A stretch of DNA of 53,643 nt, taken from positions 1 through 53,643 of the IMG/VR virus record IMGVR_UViG_3300049477_000020. The stretch is one strand, 5' to 3'. Below the pieces are notes generated by a model. It saw nothing but the letters and a program-made list of their open reading frames with translations, did no database searches and had not been told where the DNA came from. The stretch's first letter is position 1; each line of letters starts with the position of its first letter. Source of the stretch: a virus (taxonomy: Duplodnaviria > Caudoviricetes). Shown here piece after piece: positions 9,942 through 19,522 of this stretch. The position numbers and the translations under genes are program-made.

Positions 9942-9958
9942 CCTACAGAAGGAAGATC

Positions 9959-10042
9959 ATGCAGATGCTCGGCGTTGCGTTCGCCTACCTCCTCACACAG
10001 GAGAAGGTTCGCAAGGGGAAGGGCCGCCACAAGCGGTTCTAA
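9959..10042 (+). CDS. 27-aa hydrophobic/basic peptide (not in ORF track)
   Basis: GAAGGAAG RBS, ATG, MQMLGVAFAYLLTQEKVRKGKGRHKRF*; flanked by a promoter and a terminator. Confidence 0.55.
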   Translation: MQMLGVAFAYLLTQEKVRKGKGRHKRF

Positions 10043-10116
10043 GCCCCTCTACAGCCTGAGGCCGGTCCAGTGTCATCACGACACCTAGACCGGCCTCTTC
10101 GGCTGTCTGGAGGGCT
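10042..10116. terminator. Long imperfect hairpin between convergent genes
   Basis: Nested stems AGCCC/GGGCT, ACAGCC/GGCTGT, GAGGCCGGTC/GACCGGCCTC, TGTC/GACA. Confidence 0.7.
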
Positions 10117-10480
10117 ACATGCCCTGCCTGGGGTCTATCAGGCCGGGGAGCGGTTTGCCGTGACCGTTCTGCTGCGGCAGAGGAGTCTCCATGGCCTTCT
10201 GGGCAGCCTCTGACCGCTGGTTCTTCAGATACTCCATCATCTGATTGACCATGCTGGGGATGTCCTTGTCCACGACGACCTCCCCTTGCAACGTCTGGGC
10301 CACCATGCGCTCACCGATCCCGAGCCCTGGGATGCTGACGAGGTAGATGAGCACGGGGGCGGCTTGGCCGTTAGCACCAGGCACCACCGTCAGCGAGACT
10401 GCGTAGTGCACATCCTCTCCGAGGGCGTACGTCTCCACCGCCTCTGCCATGATCTTGGTGTTCTCTTCGAGGATGTTCAC
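10115..10480 (-). CDS. Hypothetical protein
   Basis: GTGA overlap with the SNF2 helicase stop; AAGGGA RBS. Confidence 0.7.
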   Translation of the reverse strand: MNILEENTKIMAEAVETYALGEDVHYAVSLTVVPGANGQAAPVLIYLVSIPGLGIGERMVAQTLQGEVVVDKDIPSMVNQMMEYLKNQRSEAAQKAMETPLPQQNGHGKPLPGLIDPRQGM

Positions 10481-12054
10481 TTGCGTCCCTTCTTGTGACG
10501 GAGTCTTGCTACCTGGAGAGCCTCTTTGCGCTCCTGGGCACTCATCAGATCCTCACCGGCATCATCATCGCCGAGGAGAACGTCGTGCTGCTCGTTGCGG
10601 TCGATCACACGCTTGATGATCGGCACCTCCACTGTATCGTCCAGCAGGAAGGTCATGCAGGTGCAGGACTCAGCATCTGAGTCGATGCGGTGGATCCGGT
10701 CCAGACGCTGGGTGCGGTTGGCGAACGTGAGGGCCGACTCGTACTCCACGACGTAGGTAGCCTGTGGCAGGTTGATGCCCCGAGCCCCAGCGTCGGAGGT
10801 GAGGAACACAGCGGGCTCGGGATAGGCCTTGAAGGCGTTGCGGGACTCGGTCTGCTCCCTGATGTTCATGCCACCGTGGTTGGTGAAGACCTTGAACTTC
10901 GCCTTGGTGAGTTCCCTCTCCAGGATGGGGAGCACGCTCTGACCGAAGAAGGTGAAGACGACCACCTTGGCCCCTTGGCCGTTGACGATGGGCTTCAGGT
11001 ACTCGATGAGCCCCTCGGTCTTGACTGAGGGGATCGACTCGATGTAGCCCCTGCCCAACTCCTCCACGAGCATCCTGGACAGTTCACCCTGGGAGTACAG
11101 GAGAGACTCCGGGTGTCCGGCGATCTGCCGCATGACGGTCCAGTGCCCTGGGATGGGCTCTTCATCTGGGTCTTGCAGCCCCTCGACCATCTCATAGAAG
11201 TCCCGCTGAGCCTTGCCCATCTCGAAGTGGCGCGAGCGCTCGGTGCGCTTGGGAAACTCCTTGATGACATCGGGGTCGGTCTTGCGCTTGCGCATGATGA
11301 TGCCAGAGCACATCGAGGCGAACTCGGGCATCCGGGCCTTGTTGTAGGTCGCTCGCCCGTACATGTCCCTGTACCTGACGAAGTAGGCCTCGAAGTCGCC
11401 GATGTTCGGCATCTGCTCCGGGGCGATGAGCCGGAACTGGTTGAAGGCGTCCTCGTAGTCCTTCTCAATGGGTGTGGCTGTGAGACCGACCACCCTGGTC
11501 TCAGGGTGGACCTTACGGAGTTCCTTCTGGAGGTAGTAGTGGGCCTTGTAGTTGGCCGAGGTGCGGTTGCGCAACTTGCCGCACTCGTCGTAGACGATGA
11601 GCACCCTAAGGGGCCTCAGGATGTCCAGGAGAGGGCCTGGCTCGATCTTGGTGCCTCTCTTGCCAGGTGGCTTCACGAACCGGCTAATGTCTGCCTTCGC
11701 CGTCTCGTAGGTCGTCACCATAACTTGGGGGAGCCCGATCTTATGGAGCCGCTGCATCCGTCCCGTGCCGTGATGGAGTCGAGTGTCCAGGGTGGTGTAC
11801 TCCTGGAAGTCCTCAACCCACTCTCCCACCTTGCCCTTCTCGCAGACGACCAAGCAGAGGTCGATTAGATCGTCCTCGAAGAGGAGGGTGGCTAGACGCA
11901 TCCCGAGGTGGCTCTTGCCTGTGCCGGTGTCCCAGATGGCCGCTGCTGAGCCCCGCAGGTACGCCTCAGCGACGCCCCATTCCTGGAACTCGAAGAGCCC
12001 CAGAGGAGAGTGGTAGAGGGCGCCCTCGGGCCACCCGTCTCTTGGCGGGGTCAT
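10477..12054 (-). CDS. SNF2-family helicase/ATPase
   Basis: Motifs WDTGTGKS, VTTYE, YDECGKL, LTATP, KVVVFT, SDAGARGINL, QRLDRIHR. TACACT sits 6 nt before the ATG, suggesting a leaderless mRNA. Confidence 0.9.
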   Translation of the reverse strand: MTPPRDGWPEGALYHSPLGLFEFQEWGVAEAYLRGSAAAIWDTGTGKSHLGMRLATLLFEDDLIDLCLVVCEKGKVGEWVEDFQEYTTLDTRLHHGTGRMQRLHKIGLPQVMVTTYETAKADISRFVKPPGKRGTKIEPGPLLDILRPLRVLIVYDECGKLRNRTSANYKAHYYLQKELRKVHPETRVVGLTATPIEKDYEDAFNQFRLIAPEQMPNIGDFEAYFVRYRDMYGRATYNKARMPEFASMCSGIIMRKRKTDPDVIKEFPKRTERSRHFEMGKAQRDFYEMVEGLQDPDEEPIPGHWTVMRQIAGHPESLLYSQGELSRMLVEELGRGYIESIPSVKTEGLIEYLKPIVNGQGAKVVVFTFFGQSVLPILERELTKAKFKVFTNHGGMNIREQTESRNAFKAYPEPAVFLTSDAGARGINLPQATYVVEYESALTFANRTQRLDRIHRIDSDAESCTCMTFLLDDTVEVPIIKRVIDRNEQHDVLLGDDDAGEDLMSAQERKEALQVARLRHKKGRK

Positions 12055-12071
12055 GGAGGGAGTGTAGCGGG

Positions 12072-13949
12072 TCAGAGAGCGTAGAGGATGAACTCAGAGA
12101 TCGCAGCATCCCCAGCCCCCAGGATGTACCCATGGCGCATCCCGGTCTGGCACCAGGTCGTGACTACGCTTCCTAGGGAGACATTGTCAGCGAAGACCTC
12201 GACGTTGTTGGCATCGGCTTCGACTCGCATGACGACACCGTCCACCTGAGCCGTGTAGGCAAGCAGTGAGGTGAAGACTAGGGACGCGCCACCCTCGACC
12301 TTGTAGAGGCCGTTCTTGCCCACCAGGAGCCCGTCTATGGGGACCACGTCGCTGGAGACGTAGATCCCTCGGATGAAGAGCCCCGCGTTGGTGTTGCCGG
12401 TTCCCCAGGCCTCGATGGTGGCTTCCGAGATCACATCAGACACGGGTGTTGCATAAGTGCTTACAGTCGGGGTGGCGTCGTAGTTAGCAGACCGCTTGGC
12501 CACGCTGGTGACGATCTCTACATCCTCGCCCCAGAAGCCGTTGTTGCTGACTGCTACAGACTCTCGTACCTGACCGGTCTGGGCGTAGCCCACCAGCCCA
12601 TCCTCGCGGTTCATCGAGTCAGCCAGGAGGGGGGCCTCACCCGAAATCACCAGGCCGTACGAGGTGAGGGCGGCGATGAGAGAGAGGAGAGCAGGTGGGT
12701 CACCTGGCAGCGTAGCGATGCTGTCTCTGACCGCTCCAGCCGATCCGAAGAATCCGAGCAAGTCGGAAGTGGCGGTTGCTAGTTCCGAGTTACCCACCAC
12801 AGCGTCGCCCTGTATCTCCAGGCTCCCCGGAGCGTAGACCTCCCCTTGGCGCAAGAAGAAGGGGGTCGGGTTTGCGACCGTGGGGTCTTCGTCACCCAGA
12901 TCATAGGCATACCCATCAACGCCGTAGTCCACGAAGTTGCCCAGGAAGTCTGACACGGCTCCGTCGATGCCGATGGCGACAGAATCCACGGGGTCAGCGT
13001 TAGCCCTACCGGACCAAAGAAGGGCCTCAGGCTCGGTTCCGATGTTGACCGAGCCCTCGTACCCAAGCGTGTTGGCTGGCAGGGTGCTGACTCCGAGGTA
13101 GACCGTGTTGTGACGGACTCCGTCAGCGCTCGGGGAGGTGTGTCCAACCCAAACATGGTCGTCGCCGTAGGCGCCATTCTGCACCAGTAGCCCGCCGATG
13201 ATGGTAGCGCGAGGAGCCAAGAAGTACGCTGCCGCAGTGTTCCTCATCAGGACTGTGGTCTCACGACCCCCTTCGTCCCAGGCGTTACCACCCCGCTGAC
13301 CGACCCAGACAGACTGAGGGGTGTACGAACCGTAGTCGGCCAACAGCACCTCTTGTGAGGGCTCGCCGAAGTCGGTGTACGCATCTGGAGATCGCTCCCC
13401 TTGGCCCAACATGACCCCCTCGTCACCAGGCCCTCCATACCCCTGCCCAAGCAGCACAGCATTGGGGTAAGGCGAGTTGTACTGGGGAGTGTTGTAGTCC
13501 AACAGCGCCCCCATGCGCACGCCGTACTCACCTTGGGACTGGTGGTTGTGCACACCCCCGGCTGCTGCTGAGAAGAAGGACTGGTGAGGGTAGGCGCCCT
13601 TGGTCAATGGACTCGCGGGCTCGCTGATGCTTGTGTCGATGAGTAGGTTCTCTTCACCCCGAGCCACTTGATCCGCTGATGGCACGAAGGATGTGTAGCG
13701 GTCAAACGACCCAGGCCCATAGTCAACCCGAACGATGACATCTACGGCCTGGTCGATCCACAGGTTGACGTACCCAACAGTCACCACCAAGGGGAAGGAT
13801 GCGATCTCTGTGAGGAACCTATCCGAGTAGACGAGCCCTGTGTATTCAGCACCTGTTGAGGGGTCAATGAGCCACACGCGGGTGTTGCGGTAGACGTTGC
13901 CGTTGGCATCTTGGAGAGGCAAGTAGAGGTGTCCGGGACCGAACGGCAT
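12072..13949 (-). CDS. Tail fibre / receptor-binding protein
   Basis: Last gene of the baseplate operon; shares the N-terminal anchor and the LGFFGSAG motif with 13952-15637. Confidence 0.65.
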   Translation of the reverse strand: MPFGPGHLYLPLQDANGNVYRNTRVWLIDPSTGAEYTGLVYSDRFLTEIASFPLVVTVGYVNLWIDQAVDVIVRVDYGPGSFDRYTSFVPSADQVARGEENLLIDTSISEPASPLTKGAYPHQSFFSAAAGGVHNHQSQGEYGVRMGALLDYNTPQYNSPYPNAVLLGQGYGGPGDEGVMLGQGERSPDAYTDFGEPSQEVLLADYGSYTPQSVWVGQRGGNAWDEGGRETTVLMRNTAAAYFLAPRATIIGGLLVQNGAYGDDHVWVGHTSPSADGVRHNTVYLGVSTLPANTLGYEGSVNIGTEPEALLWSGRANADPVDSVAIGIDGAVSDFLGNFVDYGVDGYAYDLGDEDPTVANPTPFFLRQGEVYAPGSLEIQGDAVVGNSELATATSDLLGFFGSAGAVRDSIATLPGDPPALLSLIAALTSYGLVISGEAPLLADSMNREDGLVGYAQTGQVRESVAVSNNGFWGEDVEIVTSVAKRSANYDATPTVSTYATPVSDVISEATIEAWGTGNTNAGLFIRGIYVSSDVVPIDGLLVGKNGLYKVEGGASLVFTSLLAYTAQVDGVVMRVEADANNVEVFADNVSLGSVVTTWCQTGMRHGYILGAGDAAISEFILYAL

Positions 13950-13951
13950 CG

Positions 13952-15637
13952 CTACACCACCGAAGAGTCAGTGATGATGCCCATGCCGTCTAGGGCTGTG
14001 AGCAGAGCGGCTAGCGCGACGTTGCCATCTCGTGACCCAGTGACCTCCTGCTTGATAGATCCCGCTGATCCGAAGAACCCCAAACGTGAAGTGGCAGATC
14101 CGAAGGCGGTGTCCCCCAGGTTACGCCAGTCCCCCTGGACCAAGACCAGGTTGCCTTCGACTCCGAGGACGACCTGGTTGGAAGAAGTAGAGGCGGCGGC
14201 TCTTCCAATGGCAACGGACCCAGCATGGGTGGTGTCCACCAAGGCGGAAGCGCCAAGTGCTATGGATTGCGAAGCAGCCGCTTGGGAGTTTGCGCCGATA
14301 GCGAGTGCCCCGGTCCCCGAAGCAAGAGCATCAGCCCCCACCGCAGTGGCCTGGGCTGCTAGAGCGCGAGCAGTGTGGCCGACTGCTGATGTGTCTGCCG
14401 CAGTTGCCTCGGAACTGTGACCCACAGCCATAGAGTCAGTGCCACTGGCTGTGGCCGCATACCCAATAGCCATGCTGCCCGAAGCGTTTGCCCGCGAGGT
14501 TGCCCCCATCGCGAAGGAGTAGTTGAGACCCTGAGCCTGTGCGTCATAGCCAACAGCGATGTTGTAGTCCTCGGCTGCATCTGCATTGACCCCGACAGCA
14601 GTAGCGAAGTCACCTGCTGCTGAGGCTCCTGTTCCAACAGCGAGGGAGGAGGCTCCGGCTCCTGGGTGATAGTGCGGAGGAATCACGCCACCAGATGTTG
14701 CTTGCAGGAAGGCGAGCGCAGTGCTCACTGCGGCGTTGGACTGAGAGTTGGTCTCACCCACCAAGACCTCGATGAGCCCGTCACTGGTGTCGGGCACCTC
14801 GATGTAGAGGTGCACCCATTTGCCGTCCTGGCTGGGGTCAAACGCGAGCCGTCGTACCCAATGGTTGCTGTAGTCATCTGGGTTCACGGGCTGCACCACA
14901 ACGACTGTCTTGGCTGATCCAGGGCTGGATGCCACCCGGACCCACAACTCGACGCGCCCTCCATCAGCCATGGTGTAGGGGTAACTGGCGAAGTTCCCCT
15001 GGGTGGTCTCGCCCACCTCGCCGTCGATGCGCACCGCTGTGGTGTAGGTGAAGAGTGGGTCTGTCGGTGGATCCGTGATGGTGTATGAGGCGAGAGCGGG
15101 AACTCCGGCTGGGGCACCAGGAACCGCTAGGTAGCCCAGGGCACCCCCTTGCGTTTCGCGCTCATCCGCTGCACCCACAGCGGCCAGGATGGTGGCCCCA
15201 GTGGCATAGGCGGTGCCTGGCACCGATGGGGTGAGCACGGAGGCTGGAGCCGTACCCCACTCAGCCTCCCCGGCGATGGCGGTGCCGAAGAGCACTTCCC
15301 CATCTGCCGGAGCGTTGGTGATCCTCAGAGGGACATCAGATTGCACGATCTCGCTGCCTGACGGAAGAGCGTCTACCACGACGACCTCATCGGGGCGACC
15401 AGCATACGAGACGATCAAGGTGAGCCGCTCAGGCTCGTCCAGCCAGAAATCTAGGATGCCGTCAGCCGCCGTGATGGGGTTGGAATACACAGTGGCGTCG
15501 GAGACATCTGGGTAGGCCCAGATGGTCTGGAGTGTTGCCACGTCCGGGGTCGCGTAGGCGTCTACCTGGACGGTGGCTCCAGACAGCAGGTTACCGGCCT
15601 CATCCTGGATGGGCCGGAGCACATGCACTCGGGACAT
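13952..15637 (-). CDS. Tail fibre with YadA-like (Hep/Hag) head repeats
   Basis: About ten 14-aa repeats of the form (S/A)xAxGxxAxAxG (e.g. ATAVGVNADAAEDY, SMAIGYAATASGTD). Confidence 0.75.
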   Translation of the reverse strand: MSRVHVLRPIQDEAGNLLSGATVQVDAYATPDVATLQTIWAYPDVSDATVYSNPITAADGILDFWLDEPERLTLIVSYAGRPDEVVVVDALPSGSEIVQSDVPLRITNAPADGEVLFGTAIAGEAEWGTAPASVLTPSVPGTAYATGATILAAVGAADERETQGGALGYLAVPGAPAGVPALASYTITDPPTDPLFTYTTAVRIDGEVGETTQGNFASYPYTMADGGRVELWVRVASSPGSAKTVVVVQPVNPDDYSNHWVRRLAFDPSQDGKWVHLYIEVPDTSDGLIEVLVGETNSQSNAAVSTALAFLQATSGGVIPPHYHPGAGASSLAVGTGASAAGDFATAVGVNADAAEDYNIAVGYDAQAQGLNYSFAMGATSRANASGSMAIGYAATASGTDSMAVGHSSEATAADTSAVGHTARALAAQATAVGADALASGTGALAIGANSQAAASQSIALGASALVDTTHAGSVAIGRAAASTSSNQVVLGVEGNLVLVQGDWRNLGDTAFGSATSRLGFFGSAGSIKQEVTGSRDGNVALAALLTALDGMGIITDSSVV

Positions 15638-15660
15638 CGACTACCTCTCCTTGGGCTCTT

Positions 15661-15696
15661 CACCCCTTCGTGGGGCTCACGAGGGGTCAGGCAGGA
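15661..15696 (-). promoter_or_regulatory. Conserved bipartite late-gene motif
   Basis: TCCTGC-N12-GAGCCCCACGAAGGGGTG upstream of 15637. Confidence 0.7.
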
Positions 15697-16065
15697 CTAG
15701 ATGGCTGTGGTGGTCAGGGCGCCGTCCGTGCCTACCGTCACTTGCCAGTCCACGTCATTGTTGTCTGTGAGGATCAGCGAGGTCGATGGCTGAGCCCCCA
15801 CATCCACATTCGCGAAGGTGATGGCCGACCCCCCGCTGGGGGTGACCACGATGTCTACCCTCTTGGCTGTAGCCAGGTAGAAGTCGATGACCCCATCTGA
15901 GTCTGTAAAGGGGTTGGGGAACGTCGTCACATCAGGACTATCGAGGATAAAGAGCGTCTCAGCGATGGGATCCACAGTGCCTGGGTCGTACACCGCCACG
16001 GAGATGTCTCCCAGCAAGTTGCCCTGGGAGTCCTGGACCACCTTGTAGAAGTGGGCGCGTGCCAT
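15697..16065 (-). CDS. Small fibre-anchor/adaptor protein
   Basis: QDSQGNLL..NPFTDSDGVIDFYL matches the N-termini of the two adjacent fibre proteins; AGGAGG RBS. Confidence 0.65.
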   Translation of the reverse strand: MARAHFYKVVQDSQGNLLGDISVAVYDPGTVDPIAETLFILDSPDVTTFPNPFTDSDGVIDFYLATAKRVDIVVTPSGGSAITFANVDVGAQPSTSLILTDNNDVDWQVTVGTDGALTTTAI

Positions 16066-16075
16066 AGAGATCCTC

Positions 16076-19000
16076 CTAGATCACGAACGGGTCGTTGAGA
16101 ACGTACTGCTCGGGCTCGATTTCGGGTGACATCACGATACCCTCTGGCAGCACAGTAATCGGCTCTGGCGTCGTCGGGATCAAGGTCGGCAAGATGTCAC
16201 GACGGAAGCGGAACCACCAATCCTGCGGGATCGGCAGATCCCAGAGCATGAAGTGTGGATCTTCATGGATCTCAGGGTAGTCATCCCAAGGAGACTGGTT
16301 GGGTCCACCGTACTGGATAGCCTCGCGGTGAGGGATGCCCAGCGAAAGCCCCGTGTACCAGGGCCGAATCAGCAAACTGGAGACCCATGCCCCAGCGTAG
16401 TACCCAGTCGCCCGCCAGACCAACTTGGTCGAGAACCCTGGTGAGGGGTCCAGCACGTCTGCGTCAGGGAAGGTGAAGACGCCATCAGCGTTGTTGCGGA
16501 TGTCGAAGACGGGGTAGAAGGTCGTCCCACCGTCGTTACTGAACTCCCAGAGGATCGGGTCGTTGAAGAGCGAGATGTTGTCTACGTCCCACTCGTCGTC
16601 AGTCAGTCCGTACTGCACGATGCGGGGCAACACTGTGGTCGCCAGGAACTGCGTCTCCTGAGCCACGTTGCCCCAAGTGCCACCAGCATCGAGCGCGTCC
16701 CAGTCAGCATAGGTGGTCTCCATGTCATCCCACGAGAGCGCAGTCGAAGGCCCACCCCCTCCGATGGTGTAGCCGGTGTACCACTCTGTGATCTGCCCTG
16801 GTGTCGGGTTGATCTCCTCCTCAGAGAGGATCTCTCCGCTGGGTGTGACGATCTGAATGTAGAGCGGCTGTGTGAGTTCTTCGTTCACATAGACGCGGGC
16901 CGCTGCGTAGGCTCGGCCTCCGGCAGAAGTGATGACGTTCTGATTGCCGGTGATGCCGCCGTAGTTGACGGTGGAGCCATCAGACTCCACGTCATCCCAG
17001 GCCACGCCCTCAATGAGGTTCCAGTTTGGGTAGAGGAACTCGGTATCGTTCCAGTCTCGACCAACAAACCCCGAGTTGCGCGAGACCCGTACGGTCGTGC
17101 CTAGATCAGTCTCTAGTTCCTGGCTGAACGTAAGTGCTGATGCGTCGCCAAAGGGATCCCAGTTGGCAAGTGTCGTGTCCAAGAAGTCCGGGTCGGAAAG
17201 CAACTGCACCGCTGGCATCTGGACTGTCGCGAACTGCACCGCCCGCACCTTGCGACGGGATCGCAACACCTTGCTCTGCATCGTAGAGCCAGGGATCTCC
17301 GACTGAATGGAGTTCTCCATCAGGTTCCACTCGTTCAGATCCAGGTTGTCTGCGTCATGGAAGACCTCGATGTACTGCTCACTATCGTCATCAACGGCAT
17401 AGTCGAGGCGGAACATCTCAATGGAGTTGAGGCCCACGAAGTATGCCACCCGGTTGACGTGGTCCATCTCCACTGTCTGGTAGGTGTGCTTCCCCTTAGA
17501 CCACTTGGTGTTGAGCGTATCGGGGAGCCACTTCACCAGGTTGAAGTACGAAGAGATTTGCCTCATCCGCTGAGCAAGGGTGGGGTCTGTGGCCACCACT
17601 GAGGTGGTAGGAGAGGTCACGTCTCGACGAGGCACGTTGCCTACTTGGCGAGCCTCATCACGGTAGTGCGTGGATGCGCTCGTCTGGTCTACCGATTGTT
17701 CGAGTCCCCCCTTAGACTCCCTCTTCCTTGGCTTGCCGCCCTTGTTCTTCTTGTTCTCCTCCAAGAGCCACTGAGGATGACGCTTGACAGTCTTGACGAC
17801 CTGAGCGTAGGTCTCATAGGGCTCAGCAACCAGTTCGGTGAACTCGAACTTGAAGTACTTGGCGTTGACCGGAGGGAAGTGCAGCATCCCGCGCTGTAGA
17901 CGGAAGTCTCGCGCAACGGGAGTCCACTCTTTGCCCTCGTACTTGTCGCCGGGGCCTCCCAAGAAGCCCAGAGGGTTGAGGGATGAGACACCCGTAGTCT
18001 GAAAGTCAGGGTGGTAACGCAACAGGGCATTGTCGGTTCTGCCCGTGTCATCATCATCGAACAGGGGCTTGACCAAGTAGTCCGTGAAGTTGTCCACGAA
18101 GTCCTCGTACAAAGCCGCTGAGTCTGATGTCGTCTCCTGCTTCAGCACCAGCCCCAGCAGGTCTGTCTCTGAAGATCCGATGAGGTCCAGCAGGTTGGAT
18201 CCCAGCCTGAAGGACTGCACTGATCCTGGAGTGCTGCCCACTGAGGCCTGACCAAACCCGACCACCGTGTGCAGCGAAAGGATCCCGCCTGAGTAGACAA
18301 CGATGAAGGGGATCTGTGTCCCTGCCGTAAAGGCGATGCTGGAGGACACACTCGTGCCAGCCACTTCTACATCCAAGACCCCATTCGTCAATGTGATGCG
18401 CACGCTGTCGGCATCAAAGAGGACTCGGGTCTGCACATCATCGTCGCCGTACTGTGGAGCGACATTCATCCCGATCCACCAGTCATGCGCGGTGCGCCAC
18501 TGAAGACCACGGTTGTCAATCGTGACGGAGGCATCGGGGGCATTGAAGCGCAGCCGGTCTGCCAACGGAGTGACAGAACCCAGAGCGTAAGAGCGCGGTG
18601 GCGTTATCAGATCATCTTGCGCCTTGAACGTAGCGTCAATCGTGTCATCGACACTCCAGTAGACGTTCATCTGGACGCCAGGCGTCAAGGGGTCGATGTG
18701 GAACCTGTCGATGATCTGGGGCTCACCATCCACATCACGAGCATCTAGGTACAGGTTCACGACCGCATCGGGGATCGGCTGCGGCTCAGATCGCCAGGAG
18801 ATGCCCTCAGTCAGATCACTTGCGCGATTCTCTCTGGTGACGTATGCCAGAGGCGACTCCAGAGCATCGAGCCCCGTCTCAAAGGGGTTGAACTCCGTGC
18901 GGATCGTGGGGTGTCTCTGGGTCTTCGGGATCGACTTCTTCGTGGTGACCTTGTAGCCAGCATGGAAGTCCCTGATCCCAAGCGAGTAGGGCACAGCGTT

Positions 19001-19522
19001 CTGGTTGGTGTCCACGGGAGGGGCCCCGATGCCACGCGACAGCAGTAGCCGTATGCGCCTGGTCTTGACGGGCCTGAGTACCATCTTGTGCTGAAGCCAG
19101 TGACCAGCACCGTAGTGCTGTGGGTGCGCTGCCCCTTGCGCAACAGCCAGGGGTGAGATGACCGCAGGTAGAGAGTCGAGCACTGACACCGCGACTGGTA
19201 CCCCGAAGAACTGACGCAGGGGTTGCCAGTTGCCATCCTTGTCCATGTACTCCGCACGGACCCGGTGGGGGAACCGAGCCACGTTGAAGGAGATGGTGTT
19301 GACCAGTTTGGAAGACGTGAAGGCAACGTCGAACACTTCGACGGTGGGATCCGCCTGGCGACGCGGAAGCGACGACCAGAACGGGACGTTGCCGCGCTGC
19401 TTCGACGAGAACTTGTCAGCCGAGATTTGGTAGAAGTTGATGCCGTCGAGTGGTGACCCATCGACATACAGAGGAGCCCCAGGGTCACTGGGGATACCAG
19501 GATCTCTCGGTTCCAGGCTCAC
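16076..19522 (-). CDS. Large baseplate/minor tail protein
   Basis: 1148 aa, beta-rich, coupled to baseplate genes. Confidence 0.7.
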   Translation of the reverse strand: MSLEPRDPGIPSDPGAPLYVDGSPLDGINFYQISADKFSSKQRGNVPFWSSLPRRQADPTVEVFDVAFTSSKLVNTISFNVARFPHRVRAEYMDKDGNWQPLRQFFGVPVAVSVLDSLPAVISPLAVAQGAAHPQHYGAGHWLQHKMVLRPVKTRRIRLLLSRGIGAPPVDTNQNAVPYSLGIRDFHAGYKVTTKKSIPKTQRHPTIRTEFNPFETGLDALESPLAYVTRENRASDLTEGISWRSEPQPIPDAVVNLYLDARDVDGEPQIIDRFHIDPLTPGVQMNVYWSVDDTIDATFKAQDDLITPPRSYALGSVTPLADRLRFNAPDASVTIDNRGLQWRTAHDWWIGMNVAPQYGDDDVQTRVLFDADSVRITLTNGVLDVEVAGTSVSSSIAFTAGTQIPFIVVYSGGILSLHTVVGFGQASVGSTPGSVQSFRLGSNLLDLIGSSETDLLGLVLKQETTSDSAALYEDFVDNFTDYLVKPLFDDDDTGRTDNALLRYHPDFQTTGVSSLNPLGFLGGPGDKYEGKEWTPVARDFRLQRGMLHFPPVNAKYFKFEFTELVAEPYETYAQVVKTVKRHPQWLLEENKKNKGGKPRKRESKGGLEQSVDQTSASTHYRDEARQVGNVPRRDVTSPTTSVVATDPTLAQRMRQISSYFNLVKWLPDTLNTKWSKGKHTYQTVEMDHVNRVAYFVGLNSIEMFRLDYAVDDDSEQYIEVFHDADNLDLNEWNLMENSIQSEIPGSTMQSKVLRSRRKVRAVQFATVQMPAVQLLSDPDFLDTTLANWDPFGDASALTFSQELETDLGTTVRVSRNSGFVGRDWNDTEFLYPNWNLIEGVAWDDVESDGSTVNYGGITGNQNVITSAGGRAYAAARVYVNEELTQPLYIQIVTPSGEILSEEEINPTPGQITEWYTGYTIGGGGPSTALSWDDMETTYADWDALDAGGTWGNVAQETQFLATTVLPRIVQYGLTDDEWDVDNISLFNDPILWEFSNDGGTTFYPVFDIRNNADGVFTFPDADVLDPSPGFSTKLVWRATGYYAGAWVSSLLIRPWYTGLSLGIPHREAIQYGGPNQSPWDDYPEIHEDPHFMLWDLPIPQDWWFRFRRDILPTLIPTTPEPITVLPEGIVMSPEIEPEQYVLNDPFVI

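Noticed and set aside
9790-10059. 89-aa plus-strand ORF
   Set aside because: It has no RBS and runs through the promoters and hairpin; the 27-aa ORF in another frame has better signals.
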